Positions 39,911-52,593 of a stretch of DNA of 64,000 bases are shown in pieces. Position 1 is the stretch's first letter. The number at the start of each line of letters is the position of its first letter. A model generated the notes under the pieces. It worked only from the letters and a program-made list of their open reading frames with translations. It was not told the DNA's origin and ran no database searches. Made by a program: the position numbers and the translations under genes. Origin of the DNA: Paraglomus brasilianum (Eukaryota); contig CAJVPI010000050.1 of NCBI GenBank assembly GCA_910592345.1, positions 1 to 64,000 of the forward strand, given 5' to 3'.

Positions 39911-41773
39911 AATATTTTTGATTTAGAAATCTAGTGAGCCAATTGAAAGGCTGTGTCACGAGCACAACACATTTATAAGTAGTTCGACTTTCCGCTCGAT
40001 TTTATAATGTTCGCATGTTCACAATTTATATTCATAGTTCATAGTAATATTCGTTTCCAAGAAAAATATTTGTTCGTATACTCTGAAATACACGATTGAT
40101 TGATATAGCGTGAACCACTAATCCCTACATCAATCACTTCTTGTCCTGCGAATATTCTCGTGGCATTACAATTATTATTTGTCCCAAGTATAAACGTGCG
40201 TTGTAGATAGATACAATTATACCCAAACACTATAGCTTTCCATCGGAATGGAATGGCCGATTTATTCGAGGCCGAATAATCATCTAATATTAGTGTTTAC
40301 CGATCGCAAAGCTGATTAAAGAGTCACTAACTGTCGTCTAAAAGTAGGAGATACCATATCTCTGTTCGAAAATAGTTAAATCAGAAGGTCAACGATCGAT
40401 TTCTCTCCCACATTCTTGACTCGACAATCCAAAATCAAGCTCTCCAAAATTTGCCTCATACATTTTGTGATTGGTCAAGCGATGAATATGCAAAATGCCA
40501 AGCAAAAATTTTTTTATGCAACTCTTAACACCTTTGCTGCATAAACTTTCGTTATACATCAACAAAGCCCCAATAATCTAATTTGCCTTCTACTATCAGC
40601 AATGGGACTTGGAAAAGCACTCCGCACTGCTTTTCTTGTTTAATTATGGGAACAAAGATTCTTTTGATATTGTCGTATTACCTGCTAAGCTTATTTAAAC
40701 ACGGTTATAATCATGTGACATCCCGCGTAACGGACAAAGTCTTACAAAATGGAAGTGTAGTACAATAACGCCCCGAATGCCATAGCGATGTTTAGTAAGC
40801 ATTCTGTGTCAGTGTGTCCTTGTTGGCTGTTTCGATAAGCGTGCAGCTTGTGACTGAATTTGTGGATATGCATAAAGATAGGATAAAGGGTTTCAGGTTG
40901 GGTCTTTATTTTCGCAAATTAATACCAAAAACGCCCCTCATTTAGCAGGTATTGTCACACATTACTGATTACATATTATCGGAATATCAGAATAGAAAAC
41001 ACTATTCATTTTTACTATTCTTGTTCTATTATCTATTCCAAATCAATAACGCCACAGGCGGATTTCAGGGGAGTATCAATTTATCCTCCTCCACATAGCA
41101 CTAACCAATTTACGTTAATTCGGTTTCCTTTTACGGGCTGTAATAATAATCCTGAAAGTACCAGTTTTGATATAGCATAGCGATGACGGTAATAAATAAT
41201 AATAATGTGAGAACACACATGAATCGATATGACAGCAACATTATTGCATCCACCGGCAACACTGGCAACTCGTCATAAGCAAAAGGAAGACGCTTTGCGA
41301 GCAGAACCATGGAACCTACGTTTCCATTGGGAATTATAAATAGACAATGGTCATATACCCATAACAAATCACGTTTACAATACAGGTAAACAGGCTATCC
41401 TTTCCCTTCTCTCCACTCCTCCCTCCTCGTGTTCACTTTTGTGCCCCAATTTATATATTAATAGACTATGTGATTGGTATCACTTGACACAAACCATGTG
41501 TGTCATCACTCAACTTCCGAAAAGTGATCTTTTAGTCTAATACATAACATTCTTTATATAGAGTAAATATATTATTAATGGTTAAGTTTCGTCGTCATAA
41601 CACAAACGAGCTTCTTGAATAATATTGTAGCCAGCAGGACTTTTTGAATCCCTATTCCTCATATTGCTTCTTGCATACCGAGCAACAACCGACTAAACAG
41701 TCTATCGAGTAGAGTCTTCCACACGGTCTTCTATATAATTCAGCGTCATAGACTGTTCGCAACCATATTGAAT

Positions 41774-44041
41774 ATGCGTTTGAAGACCGCTCCGGTTCTA
41801 TTATGTTCCGTATTGCTTGCCCTCTTAGGACACATTCATGGTGTTTCTGCTATTTTTGGAGGCAAGAAGTCAGAATCCATTAAATTTGAGAACGTTACGA
41901 TAACATCAAACAATACTATCTCCAATATCGATGGTCCCACTACTGTGATAGAGACACTTGAACCACCGTCAATACTTGTAGTAGACAAGACACCGTCGAG
42001 ACCAGTTACTGTGAGTATGATCGTCTAGTGTCTCGATAGCATGGACTGAGCATTTTTCTTATCGTCTCTGCGTACATTGCTTTTCAATTAATAGGGATTT
42101 CTGTATAAACTCTCATATAACTGCACAACTGGTTCTGGCACCACGACACCCCCCAAAATATACGACAATAGCATCGCTTTAATTGATAATGACGGTTGTC
42201 GTTCTGATGCTATCAGTTATGCAGAAAGGCAGAACGCCAATGGGGCAATTATCGTTATTCGGGCGGGTACTGGGGAAATTTACTCGAAAATTACAATATA
42301 TCCGTCTCCTAATATCCCTACGTATCAGATCGCGTCCCCCTACGTAGACAAGCTTACTAACATTCTCAATAGTATGCAAAATGGTGGACTTACAAATGAT
42401 TCGAGACCTGTCAGACAGATAAGGGTTGATATGGAACCATCTTCAAAGGGCTTCCCTGGGATATGGGAGTTTACCCTGATTGTATGTATGCGATGGTTGC
42501 TCAACGTTCTATCAATGAATTATTGTATAACCAACTTGTATGTTTCTTTTCCTCCCCCCAATAATAGGTGGTCGTGGTACTATTTGCAGTAACATGTGCA
42601 ACATCAGGTAAGCTATTCAGTCAATGTCGTCTTAGTCCAAGGCTGGATTCTAATCGTTCTCTCTTATATTCAGTTGCTATGCACTGTCATCTTTACCGCC
42701 TACGCCGACGCCAGCGATCTCGAGATTTGGCTGCACACACAAGCCGTCCATATGGCTTGAAAATCTTGAGCCTTACTCACGAGATGTTGGATAAATTACC
42801 CGTGCGTATATACACAACTGCTAACAGGACCGATGAAGAACGACAGGAAAAAATTTTAGATGACGGAATGGACAATATAGTAAACGAAAAGGATGAAATA
42901 AAGGATGGGAAAGAAAAAGAAGATAAGATAAGTGATGAGAATGAAAATGATGGGAAGGGTAAAGAAAAGGGTTTACAACAGGATGGGCAAAATTCCGGGC
43001 TGATGGATATGCAAAAGGATGGGCAAGTGGATATACAAAAGGCTGACGAGGGAATGGAAAACAAAGATATAGAAGAACCTGAGAGAGAAAAGGGGGTCGG
43101 TGAGCATCTGGATGACAATAAACCAGAAAAAGAGCAGACATTATTTGTTGAAGTTAATAGCGAGCGGATAACAGATAGTGATAAAGAGGATCAAACATCC
43201 TCGCAGATTTCGCCTGCACCTTCTTCTCCTTTGGCCGAATCTTCGTCCCGGTTACCTTCGAAATCCGAAACCTTACCCTCACGTCGCATATCCATGCGAT
43301 CAATTCGGTCGACTCGGTCAACTAAATCCGAACGTTCGCTTCGTGCTGTTGCTTCAGCGTCTGCGTTGGCGAGTGGTCAGGGTGTAAGCGGTAGCGGCGT
43401 TTCAGAAGATGGTCAGGGATACTCGGAGACATGTGCGATCTGTTTGGAAGATTTCGGTGACGGAGACGAGTTGAGACAGTTACCTTGTGGGCATGAATAT
43501 CACAAAGAATGTGTTGGTGAGTTTTACGTGTATTTTGATCTGTCATGGAGATGTTCGTCTTGATTATATTAACACGTGCAGAATTCCTTTTACTGATGTC
43601 ATGTATGTTATACTAATTTATTTTTCTAATTTAGACCCTTGGCTATTAGAGAAATCGTCTCAATGTCCGCTCTGCAAACGTGATTGCTTTCCGGATTCTT
43701 CTCCCTTGTCCTCTAATGCTTCGCTTCCACAATCTGCCTTTGCATCCATTTCGTCTGCCAATAATGTTTACATTTCAGCCATGCTCTCGTGGTCTCCGAT
43801 TGTGTCTCTAGCTCGCTCGCTTCGTAAAGTACGTAATGTTATACGGCGAAGGCGCAACGTCAGGTGGATGGCAAATGAAGTAGAAAATGATGAGAGGTTG
43901 CCCGAACCTGTTACCGCTGTGCCGTCGAGTGGAGAGAGGAGCGTGACATCAGAGTCGAGAAGGGGCAGTGAGGATTATAGAAATGTTAGAGCAGAAAGCA
44001 TAGACAATAATGCGGGAGAAGTAAGAATTGGAGTGTTATAA
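41774..44041 (+). CDS. PA-TM-RING E3 ubiquitin ligase (RNF13/GRAIL/RMR-like); 5 exons
   Basis: Signal peptide, PA-like SIALIDNDGC..NGAIIVI..IPTYQI, a TM segment IWEFTLI|VVVVLFAV, and RING-H2 CAICLEDF..LPCGHEYHKECV|DPWL..CPLCK. Confidence 0.9.
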
Positions 44042-45294
44042 TTGATGTACATTCGTTGTGAAAAATATTGTTGATATTGAGCATTATTTATAATAAGTAT
44101 TGTGTTGATTGTATTGTACAGACTTTTAAAACATCATAATTGTATTCCAAAAATTGGTTCAAATACTATCGCTATATAAACAGTTTCGATAAACCGAAGA
44201 ATGTTTACATGGATATGGTAATATCGTCCTTTCGTGTAACTTATAATTGGGTCTGGCTTGTGAATCATCCAACACGAATGTTCAAAGCGTCTTATAGAAG
44301 TTATGATCGAATATTTGGGCAAGACTTGTTAGTGTGGATTATACATGACCCTGGTATTACGACATACCAAAACAATTGCCTTTTAAGTGGCACAACTTGG
44401 TGGAGTTATGAAAGATATTACATAGGTAAACTCGATTATCATAATAATAATAATAATAATGTGAATATCCATAGTTAAGTGCGTCATACATAATCTACTA
44501 TTAGTCATAAATTGCCTAGCAAATATCCACAATAATTAATTCACTTTTCTTTTGCATTGACGTTTATTTTCACACATTAATAATAAATAGCCATCTGATT
44601 TTTCTGCAATTAAACTTAATAAGACTAAATAGTAAGGACACTTACGTAATATCCCTACTTCATTATTAAACAGACAGGGGGCGAAGATACCAATATCAAT
44701 TTTAACAAAAATGAATAACGGCTCAGGTTCTTTATTATTCACCTTTTCAGCTAGGACTAGAAGCGCACCTGCAGTATCGAGAGAAGAAGTCACGCGTCTA
44801 AAGCATACTCTTTTATGTCTCAACCCGATTTAGTTCAAGTATCTCAACTGTCTCAACTGCTACTCGAGTTCGGTTGAGCAAAAGCTCCTTAATCGCGTTT
44901 CAAGAAGAAAAATTTGGAAGTAAGCGAGGAAGCTGACTCACGACTATATGACAAAAAATTAGCTTTCAATATAAGAATTAGCAATAGAATTGCCATGTTT
45001 GTTTATTTATCACATATTTTACAGAACCGGAGATGTTATTGACCAAGATATGGTTTTGTTGTCTGTTATCTCGACCAAATTGAACGGCTAAACGAATATA
45101 AACACGTTATTAAACTTTTGGAGTGAGCAGTTGAATTGGGAAATGCTATCCAAAACAACCGTATTGCTTATGGTTTCTTCTCCCTCTTCTCTGATGAAAA
45201 CGATGAAACAATATTACCGTATTCTTCCGAAAATAATGATAAGCAACACTTTTTTGTTATAGTGTTGCTTATTTTCGGGTAGTTTAATAAAATC

Positions 45295-45900
45295 GAGACT
45301 GATTATGTTCTTGATGAGAACAAACTTCTTGGGAAAGGTCCAAATGGTACCCTTAGCCTAGTCTTTGATGGATTAAACAAAATAATACTACTATTTGGAC
45401 TTGGTAATTACTGGCTATTTAATTATGAAAACATTGAACTCAACTTCATGGTTCTCGGCCATACTAATACCAAGTTCAAATGTGATGGTAGCTTTGGCCT
45501 AATTAAAAGCTTATTATTATCATAAAACTACAATATAAATAGACTGTGTTGATCATGTAGTTGAGATGGTAAAAATGTCTAGCATTGCTGGATTAAATAA
45601 AGCTCAGTGTTATAATGGTAGAGATGGCTTTCAGTACTTGGATATTTTAGTTTAGCAGCCTACTTCAAGAAACTACTTTTTTTTTTTTAAAGTGGCAGGA
45701 ATTTCGGTTGTTCAGTAGCTTTTGAAGCAAACTAGACCGCACTATAAAGATTATCAACTTGTAAAAACTATGCTGATTTAGCTTTTAGTAACAATTCTTG
45801 GGAAGAGCTTGATGAAAATGTTAAAAGTTATATTGATCTATCCAATAAAGATCCGGGACAATTAAAAAAAAAAAGCAGTTAACCAATGCCAAAGAGCGAG
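45295..45900 (+). mobile_element. Degenerate Sola1-like/DUF7869 transposase fragment
   Basis: DYVLDENKLLGKGPNGTLSLV and IELNFMVLGHT(NT)KFKCDGSFGLIK, with frameshifts. Confidence 0.6.
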
Positions 45901-46160
45901 ACAAAATATTCCCTCTTTGATTAATTCCAACTATCTTAGTAACGGCAGGAATAACAGCTATAGTAATAGCGTTTTACATGTTGAGGAAAAGAAATAGGAA
46001 CGTCATCATAACATTGTCGCACAACGTGCATTATAACCGTTCGTTGCCGATCCTTACCTAAACATAACTTTCCTATTTTGACGCGTCATAAACAATAACA
46101 GATCAATCCATGAGTTTAGCTCTAGCTCTTTCATCGAGCTTATAAAAAATAGAGTTTAGA

Positions 46161-49100
46161 ATGGAGAAAACGGGCGAGAAGGAAGCTAATATTCAAGTAG
46201 TAGTTCGTTGCCGGTGAGTGAATATATATACACACGATAATGTCTTGTAAGAATAAAAAGATATTCACATAGGTCTGTGATTGCGTTAGGGAACGCAACG
46301 AACGGGAAGAAAAAGAAAATTCACCAATAGTCGTATTCACCGGCCTAGATGCGAGGGGCCGTGAAGTCCAATTACGGACAAGTCCGCTCGATAAAATACC
46401 CAACAAGAGTTTCTTCTTCGACAGGGTATTCGGTCCCGACGCCAACCAACAACTAATATACCAAGAAATCGTAGTTCCTATACTGGAAGAGGCAAGCATT
46501 GGGGTTTAGTTGTTTTCTAAACATTTGAACATGCTAATTAACTTTGTCGCTGTCCCCATTAGGTGCTTTTGGGGTAATTAACTGAAAGATCGATCCCGTG
46601 CGTTTTAATTGAAGTAACTTTCACCAATGTATATTCCATTTGCTATTGTTACAAGTTACAACTGCAGTATTCTTGCCTATGGGCAAACCGGAACGGGCAA
46701 GACGTAAGTGGTTCAGATATTAGTACTATCGTTGTTTTAATAACGCTCTTGACGTTTGCTCGCGAATTGGTCCAGATACACGATGGAGGGCGATCTTGGT
46801 GATATGGATGGAGAAGCTGCAGAACATGCTGGGATTATTCCTCGTGTTTTGAACAATCTTTTTAATATACTCGAAAGAGACAAGGCAGAATATTCCGTGC
46901 GTGTTTCGTTTGTCGAATTGTATAACGAAGAATTGAAGGACCTTTTATCCCCGACTGATGATACGCGTAAGCTCAAAATATTCGAAGATGCGGCGAAAAA
47001 GGGTGTAGTGTTACAAGGCGTTGAAGAAGTTTTGGTAAAGAACTGGTCAGATGGCATTCGTGCTTTACGACAGGGATCACATAAACGACAGGTGGCTGCT
47101 ACAAAGTGCAATGAGAATTCTAGGTGATTAGATTTGCGTCGAGTATTTTGATCGATAGTATCGTATACCACTACTAGAATGAAGTAGACTGAAATTTTGA
47201 CATTCTGTAACAAAAAAAAAAAAGCCGTTCCCATTGTGTTTTCGCAATAACATGTCACATCAGAGAAACCACTGGTAATGGAGAAGATCTTTTGAAAGTC
47301 GGTAAGCTAAATCTGGTTGATCTGGCTGGCTCGGAAAATATCGGTCGCTCAGGAGCCGAGAACAAGCGCGCTCGGGAGGCTGGTGTGATCAATCAGGGTC
47401 TGCTTACTCTGGGCCGTGTAATTAACGCGCTAGTTGAACACTCGCCTCATGTGCCTTACAGGTTAGTTGGGTCAAAAGTCATCAACTGTCGATTCGTATC
47501 ATGGAACCCGACGGATTATATGAATCTAACGGATATATTATACCCGATTTCTGACAGGGACAGTAAGTTGACCCGTCTTCTCCAAGATTCGCTTGGTGGC
47601 AGAACAAAGACTTGCATTATCGCCACAATATCTCCAGCAAAAGTCAACCTGGACGAATCATTCTCCACGCTAGACTATGCCAATCGTGCCAAAAATATCC
47701 GTAATAAACCCGCTGTTAACCAACTTTTAACAAAGAAGGCGTTAATCAAGGACTATGAGGACGAAATTGCACGACTGAAATCGAATTTGCAGGTAAACTC
47801 TTCATTTGACTATGAGGGAACGCGTTACTCTTGTGCTCGCGGCTAATTATGTTTATACGGCCATTACACTACTCCAGGCAGCATGGGATAAGAGTGGCAT
47901 TTTCTTATCAAAAGATAATTACCTCAGCCTGGTAAATGACAATCAAAGCCTCAAAAATCGTATCGAAGAATTGCAAATAAAGGTTCAGACACAGGAGGAG
48001 ATGCGCGAAAAAGATCATCGCGTGATTGAAGCATACAAGACGTCTCAGCGATCAATGGCTCTGGATTTTGAAGCAAAAACCGGAGAATTCAAGGCCGTTC
48101 AGGCATCTTTCAGTCAGTCGGCTCAGGTCCTGATGAACACGTTTATGGAGGAGAAGGCCAAGGTATAGATATATTTATCTCTAGCCCTGTTCTGACGTTT
48201 CGTAGAGCCAGTCTGCACTATTGATCATTTTTAATCGCATTTTTAGGAACTTGCAGACGGTCAAAAGTACGTTGAGGATAATTTGAACAAGTTTGTCGAG
48301 CTCACACAAGCGCTGCTGGAAGGTGCTGTGGAAATGAGCGATTCGGCAAAACAATCTTTTGCCGAGATTACACGGCAATTCATAGAATTTCGCACGACAA
48401 TCTCTTCAAAGTATCACGATCAGCTTGCCGCTTCAGAAAAATTGATACAGAACCTACGAGAAGAATTAAAGCGACACTTTGACAAAGTAAGGGCGATTGG
48501 CTTTGATGGGGAGGGTGTGGTTTCTTTTGCGTTATGTCTCATCCTTTTCATGCTTCGTATATAGATAAGCGCAGTTCATAAACAAACCGACACGGACATA
48601 TCTGTTATCGTCGAAACAGCCGAGATTCACGTAGACGCCATCAACACTTCGATAACATCCATAAAAAATAGTGCCAATAATCATGCCCAGGAAGTGGTAA
48701 ACCAATGTTTCGGCTCATTTGTAGATCTTTCGGCACGACAAGTTATATCGGTAGCTAATAACCCCTTTATAGATCAAACGGCGAGAAGAAGAGGTTACGC
48801 GTCTTGAGGAAGTGACCAAGGAGAAGAGACTGATGATGGAATCGATTCAAGAAGAAATAATAAGTAGAATGAAGGCGTTAATAACGGATTTGACTCGACG
48901 AGCGACGGAAACTGACAGAGAAACGTGTACGAATATGCAGAAGATAATCAAACAAGACCTTGATGATATCCTTTCTCTACATATACATTTCGGTGTTTCG
49001 TTGATTTCATGTAACATTCTTGACCAAGCTTTTTACATATGCAGAAGTTCAACCAGTCAAACGAAGAACGTTTCGGCGAGTTGATACAATCGAACGTTCG

Positions 49101-49921
49101 GTATCACGAAAAGTTGTTGCAACAAGTGGCATCTACCAACGATAACTTTACAGAGCTCGAGAGTGTGAGTTATCTTTATTTTGTTACAAGCACTTCTTAG
49201 GTTGTTTGTTCTGACGCGTGATTGCTTTTTACATGTGATGCAGCAAGCCGATAAATTGTTCCCGAAGATTGATTCGGTCGATTCTAACGTAAAACACTAT
49301 GTTGAGGCATTTGACGTCACAGCTACTAATGCGATGTGTACCATGGATTCGGCCGTGCTTGATGGTAAGGATAGCTTACGCACATATGTGTCTTGTAATA
49401 TTTATAGACATACTAAATTGCCATTACTTTATTGAAAGGAGAGTCGAAGCTGTCCGAGACTAGTGGCAGTCACCGTCAAACAATAGGCAATATTGGTAGC
49501 AGCGTCAAAGAAAACTGCATTCACATTAAGACTCGACTTGAAAAGATTGGGGATGACCTTAAGAACAATTCACACAACGCTATAAAGATGGTAATTAATG
49601 GTTGTTGGAATTGACTCAATTGTCTGCATTGGATATTAAAATTTTTGTCACGTGATATAGGTACAAGAAAACGATTGTAGAACAGATTCATTCAGCAATG
49701 AGGCAGCGGCTCTTGTAGAAAACATGCGGGTCGATATGGAGCGATTGACTGCAGGAAAATTCGAAGTGAACAATGACGACACCATCTCTGACATGACCGA
49801 TATGACCGTTGAAAATCGTCCCGAGTCTTTAGCATCTGTATTAACAGAAGTCAACGGCGATTGTCGAAAGCGGACACGAAGTCAAATGCCCGTGCGAAAA
49901 AAGCGTCATAAGATTGTGTAA
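46161..49921 (+). CDS. KIF11: Kinesin-5 (BimC/Eg5 family) motor, multi-exon; includes a GC-AG intron, an 11-nt microexon and an AT-AC intron
   Basis: [82 protein letters not shown], then a coiled-coil stalk. Confidence 0.93.
48966..49036 (+). other. U12-type (minor spliceosome) AT-AC intron in kinesin-5
   Basis: 5' ATATCCTTT, branch-like TTCTTGAC with the A 13 nt from the end, 3' TTTTAC. Removal restores the frame [17 protein letters not shown]. Confidence 0.88.
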
Positions 49922-50199
49922 TATTCGCATAATAAATATATACGATAAATAAATACATACGTACATACATAATACATACATACATATATATATTAATATC
50001 TTTGCCGACTGATGACCTGTTCAGGGCACTAGAAACGAATAAGAATACAATCAACTCGAGTGGCCTTAGTTCGACTCCAGCTAATATTGCAGCATGTTAA
50101 GTTGCCAAACGTGGCATGATTTTACCAAACCCGCATTGTGCTGATCGTTTACATCAGGTAAGATATTTAGCGAATCATGGCCTTAGTTCGACCTCAGCT

Positions 50200-50940
50200 G
50201 ATGCAGTATGTTAAGTGCTGAAGAAAACGTTGTTTATGAGTACAATCAAATCAGTAATGAACTTGTAGAAATGTTTAGAATAGGAGGAGAAAGTAGCAGT
50301 AACTTGGAAGATATGGACGATAGCACTGAAACAACTGTTATCAGTGCTAGTGATGCATTAAGTTTGGAGATCGTACAAACACTTTTGATTCAACAAGAAA
50401 ATACAAAAGAACAAGTGAAAATGGCAAATATTCTATTAGGGAAAGAAAAGCCAATATGATGTGGCAGACAAACATACTGTAGATCAGTATTTTATGCAAT
50501 GTGAAATTAATAAATGTTGTCACGTGATTTACTCACTAATGCACACTCATACCAAATAAATGCACTTTACGCGGACTGAGGTAATAAATTTTACTTGCCT
50601 GTTGATCGGAATGGGGTACATGAACATTTTGTGCCCAATCGTAACTGTAATGAGTAGTAGCGTCAGCACTACAATAATCAGCTTTACCTCTTGTTATACA
50701 AGGTCAACCCCGATAAACCGAAGATGTCGGCGCAGCCGTTTTCTTCGGATTAGCGGGGTTTCGGATTAGCGGGTTTGCTCTACGTGTATAAACCGAAGTT
50801 TATATTCAGGAAAACCATACATTCGCATAAACGGGTAAGTGCTCGACGTTTTTTATTGTTGGATTTGTTGATTTTATATTACAAATTTCAATTTTTTGAG
50901 CAAGCTTAATTGCTGTATGTTTTCTTTTAGGTGCCATATT
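50200..50940. mobile_element. Cluster of pogo/Tigger relics
   Basis: + strand acidic tail EDMDDSTETTVISASDAL; - strand N-terminus MAPKRKHTAIKLAQKIEIC; TIR-like end with CGGATTAGCGGG repeats at 50697-50780. Confidence 0.65.
50575..50692 (-). mobile_element. Dispersed Sola1-like/DUF7869 transposase fragment (copy 2)
   Basis: Clear similarity to 20412-20532. Confidence 0.55.
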
Positions 50941-51339
50941 GTAGAACGTTTTGTCTTTGTTCGATCGAATTCTTGTTTGTATAAGAGAAGAATATTGCAA
51001 AGCAATTTTTATAGACAAATATAATTGGCTGAAATATGCGGTTTATCGGGGGGAGACAATACCTGCAATAAATCACGATAGACCGATTTGTAACTCGTTT
51101 CAGCTCAATAAAGTTTTTTTGTTTAAATTGTAGTAATAAATCTGGTTTCTCAACAACAAAGCAAGCTATCCGGTTAAAATTTAAATGAATGTAAATTTGT
51201 GTATATTTATTATGTGGAATTAGTTTTTAAACAATTTTAAAGTTTTAGGTCGTTTAGCTTGATTTTAACTTTTTCGGTAACACAAAACGTTAGTTATATA
51301 TATAAATATTATCATATTACTAGCTGACACACTACAATT

Positions 51340-51820
51340 TTTTGTAAATATGTTTTACACTAGATGCGCTAACTTTAGTATTAGTTTCACGGTAATTGCA
51401 TTTCTCGTTATGTCAATATCTGCATTTAATTGCAAATTTAAGGGGTGTCGGCGACCATCGAATAGTACCCCAGATTCAAAATTCGATTTCTCAACGAAAA
51501 AGCAAGATAGTCGGGTAATATTTTGTAAATACAATAGCGCTTTTTTTGCACTTTAAATGAGTGTAACTAAATGTAAATTAACATGTGTATTAATTTTTAC
51601 CAATTTTTTAAATATTCGTGTCGCATAACCTAATTTTACCTTTTTCGTAGGATAAAAGTCGGCTTAGGTAAATTCGTAAATTTACTACCTAAGATATTGC
51701 AATTTTTTGTGTATATACTATATAGAAGGTGCGCTAAATTCAGTATTAATTTTGCGGTGATTGTATTGCTCGTTATGCCAGTATTCTTATTTAATTGCAA
51801 ATATAGGGGTGGTCGGTGAC
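51340..51820. repeat. Diverged ~110-bp direct repeat pair (51340-51455 and ~51705-51820), probably TE-internal
   Basis: Shared TGCGCTAA..AGTATTA..CGGT.ATTG..CTCGTTATG..ATTTAATTGCAAAT..GGGGT..TCGG.GAC. A Tc1-like end CCCCTGTA lies at ~51900. Confidence 0.6.
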
Positions 51821-52213
51821 TTTTGCCACGGGAGTGTACAAATGCCGATCAGTGGCTTAATCAATGACGTATTAGTATTCTTAGGTACTTTCTAGACCCC
51901 TGTATGCAGAATGTGACCAATGATAATTGATGCGCAGAAATTTGCATGTCGATTACGCATTAAGACGTTTAGTTAGAATATCGTGACTCAAAAAGATTTG
52001 CTATAAAAAACGACAGAAACTGAGCTAGTTTACGAAAAAGCTTCGCGAACTGATTTTACAAAAATCCATCCAACAGACTTATCTTTTTAAAATGTTTGCT
52101 CTCACAAGCGAATTTGTTATTGGATTATTGATCAGAATTATCCCCTTTATTATAAAATTCACAAAGATCAGCTGCATATCATAAATTAGAAAACTGATAA
52201 AGCAATTAATTTA

Positions 52214-52593
52214 ATGGGGCCGAAGAAAAAATCCAAGACTAGCAAACAAATTGGCCAATGTGACTATACACCAGAAATCGAAAACTTATGGAACGATTTA
52301 ATTCTATTATACGAAAAAAGAATTAAATATCCAAAATTTTTGTTCAACAAAATGGTCCTCAAAATTCATAAGTTACTCGGTGAAGGAAAGAGCATTGCTG
52401 TTTCTACGATAAGAAATTTTTACCTACGAAGAACAACTCCACGGAAGAAGTCTAGTATGGCGATTCAATGTTGGATTGAGGAGGAAAAGAAGAAAACATA
52501 AACAACGAAGATGACGAAAACGAAAATCAAGGCATAGATGATAGTAATTTTATTATTAATAATAGCAATGGCAAAAATGATAACAATATTTAG
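52214..52593 (+). pseudogene. Small intronless basic protein with an HTH-like motif and a frameshifted acidic/Asn tail
   Basis: 95-aa ORF containing IAVSTIRNFYLRRTTPRKKSSMAIQCWIEEE. Another frame continues NNEDDENENQGIDDSN..*. Confidence 0.45.

Noticed and set aside
45190..45225. CTGATGA...GAAAC hammerhead-like core (similar at ~34736 and ~50010)
   Set aside because: The required stems I-III cannot be formed.
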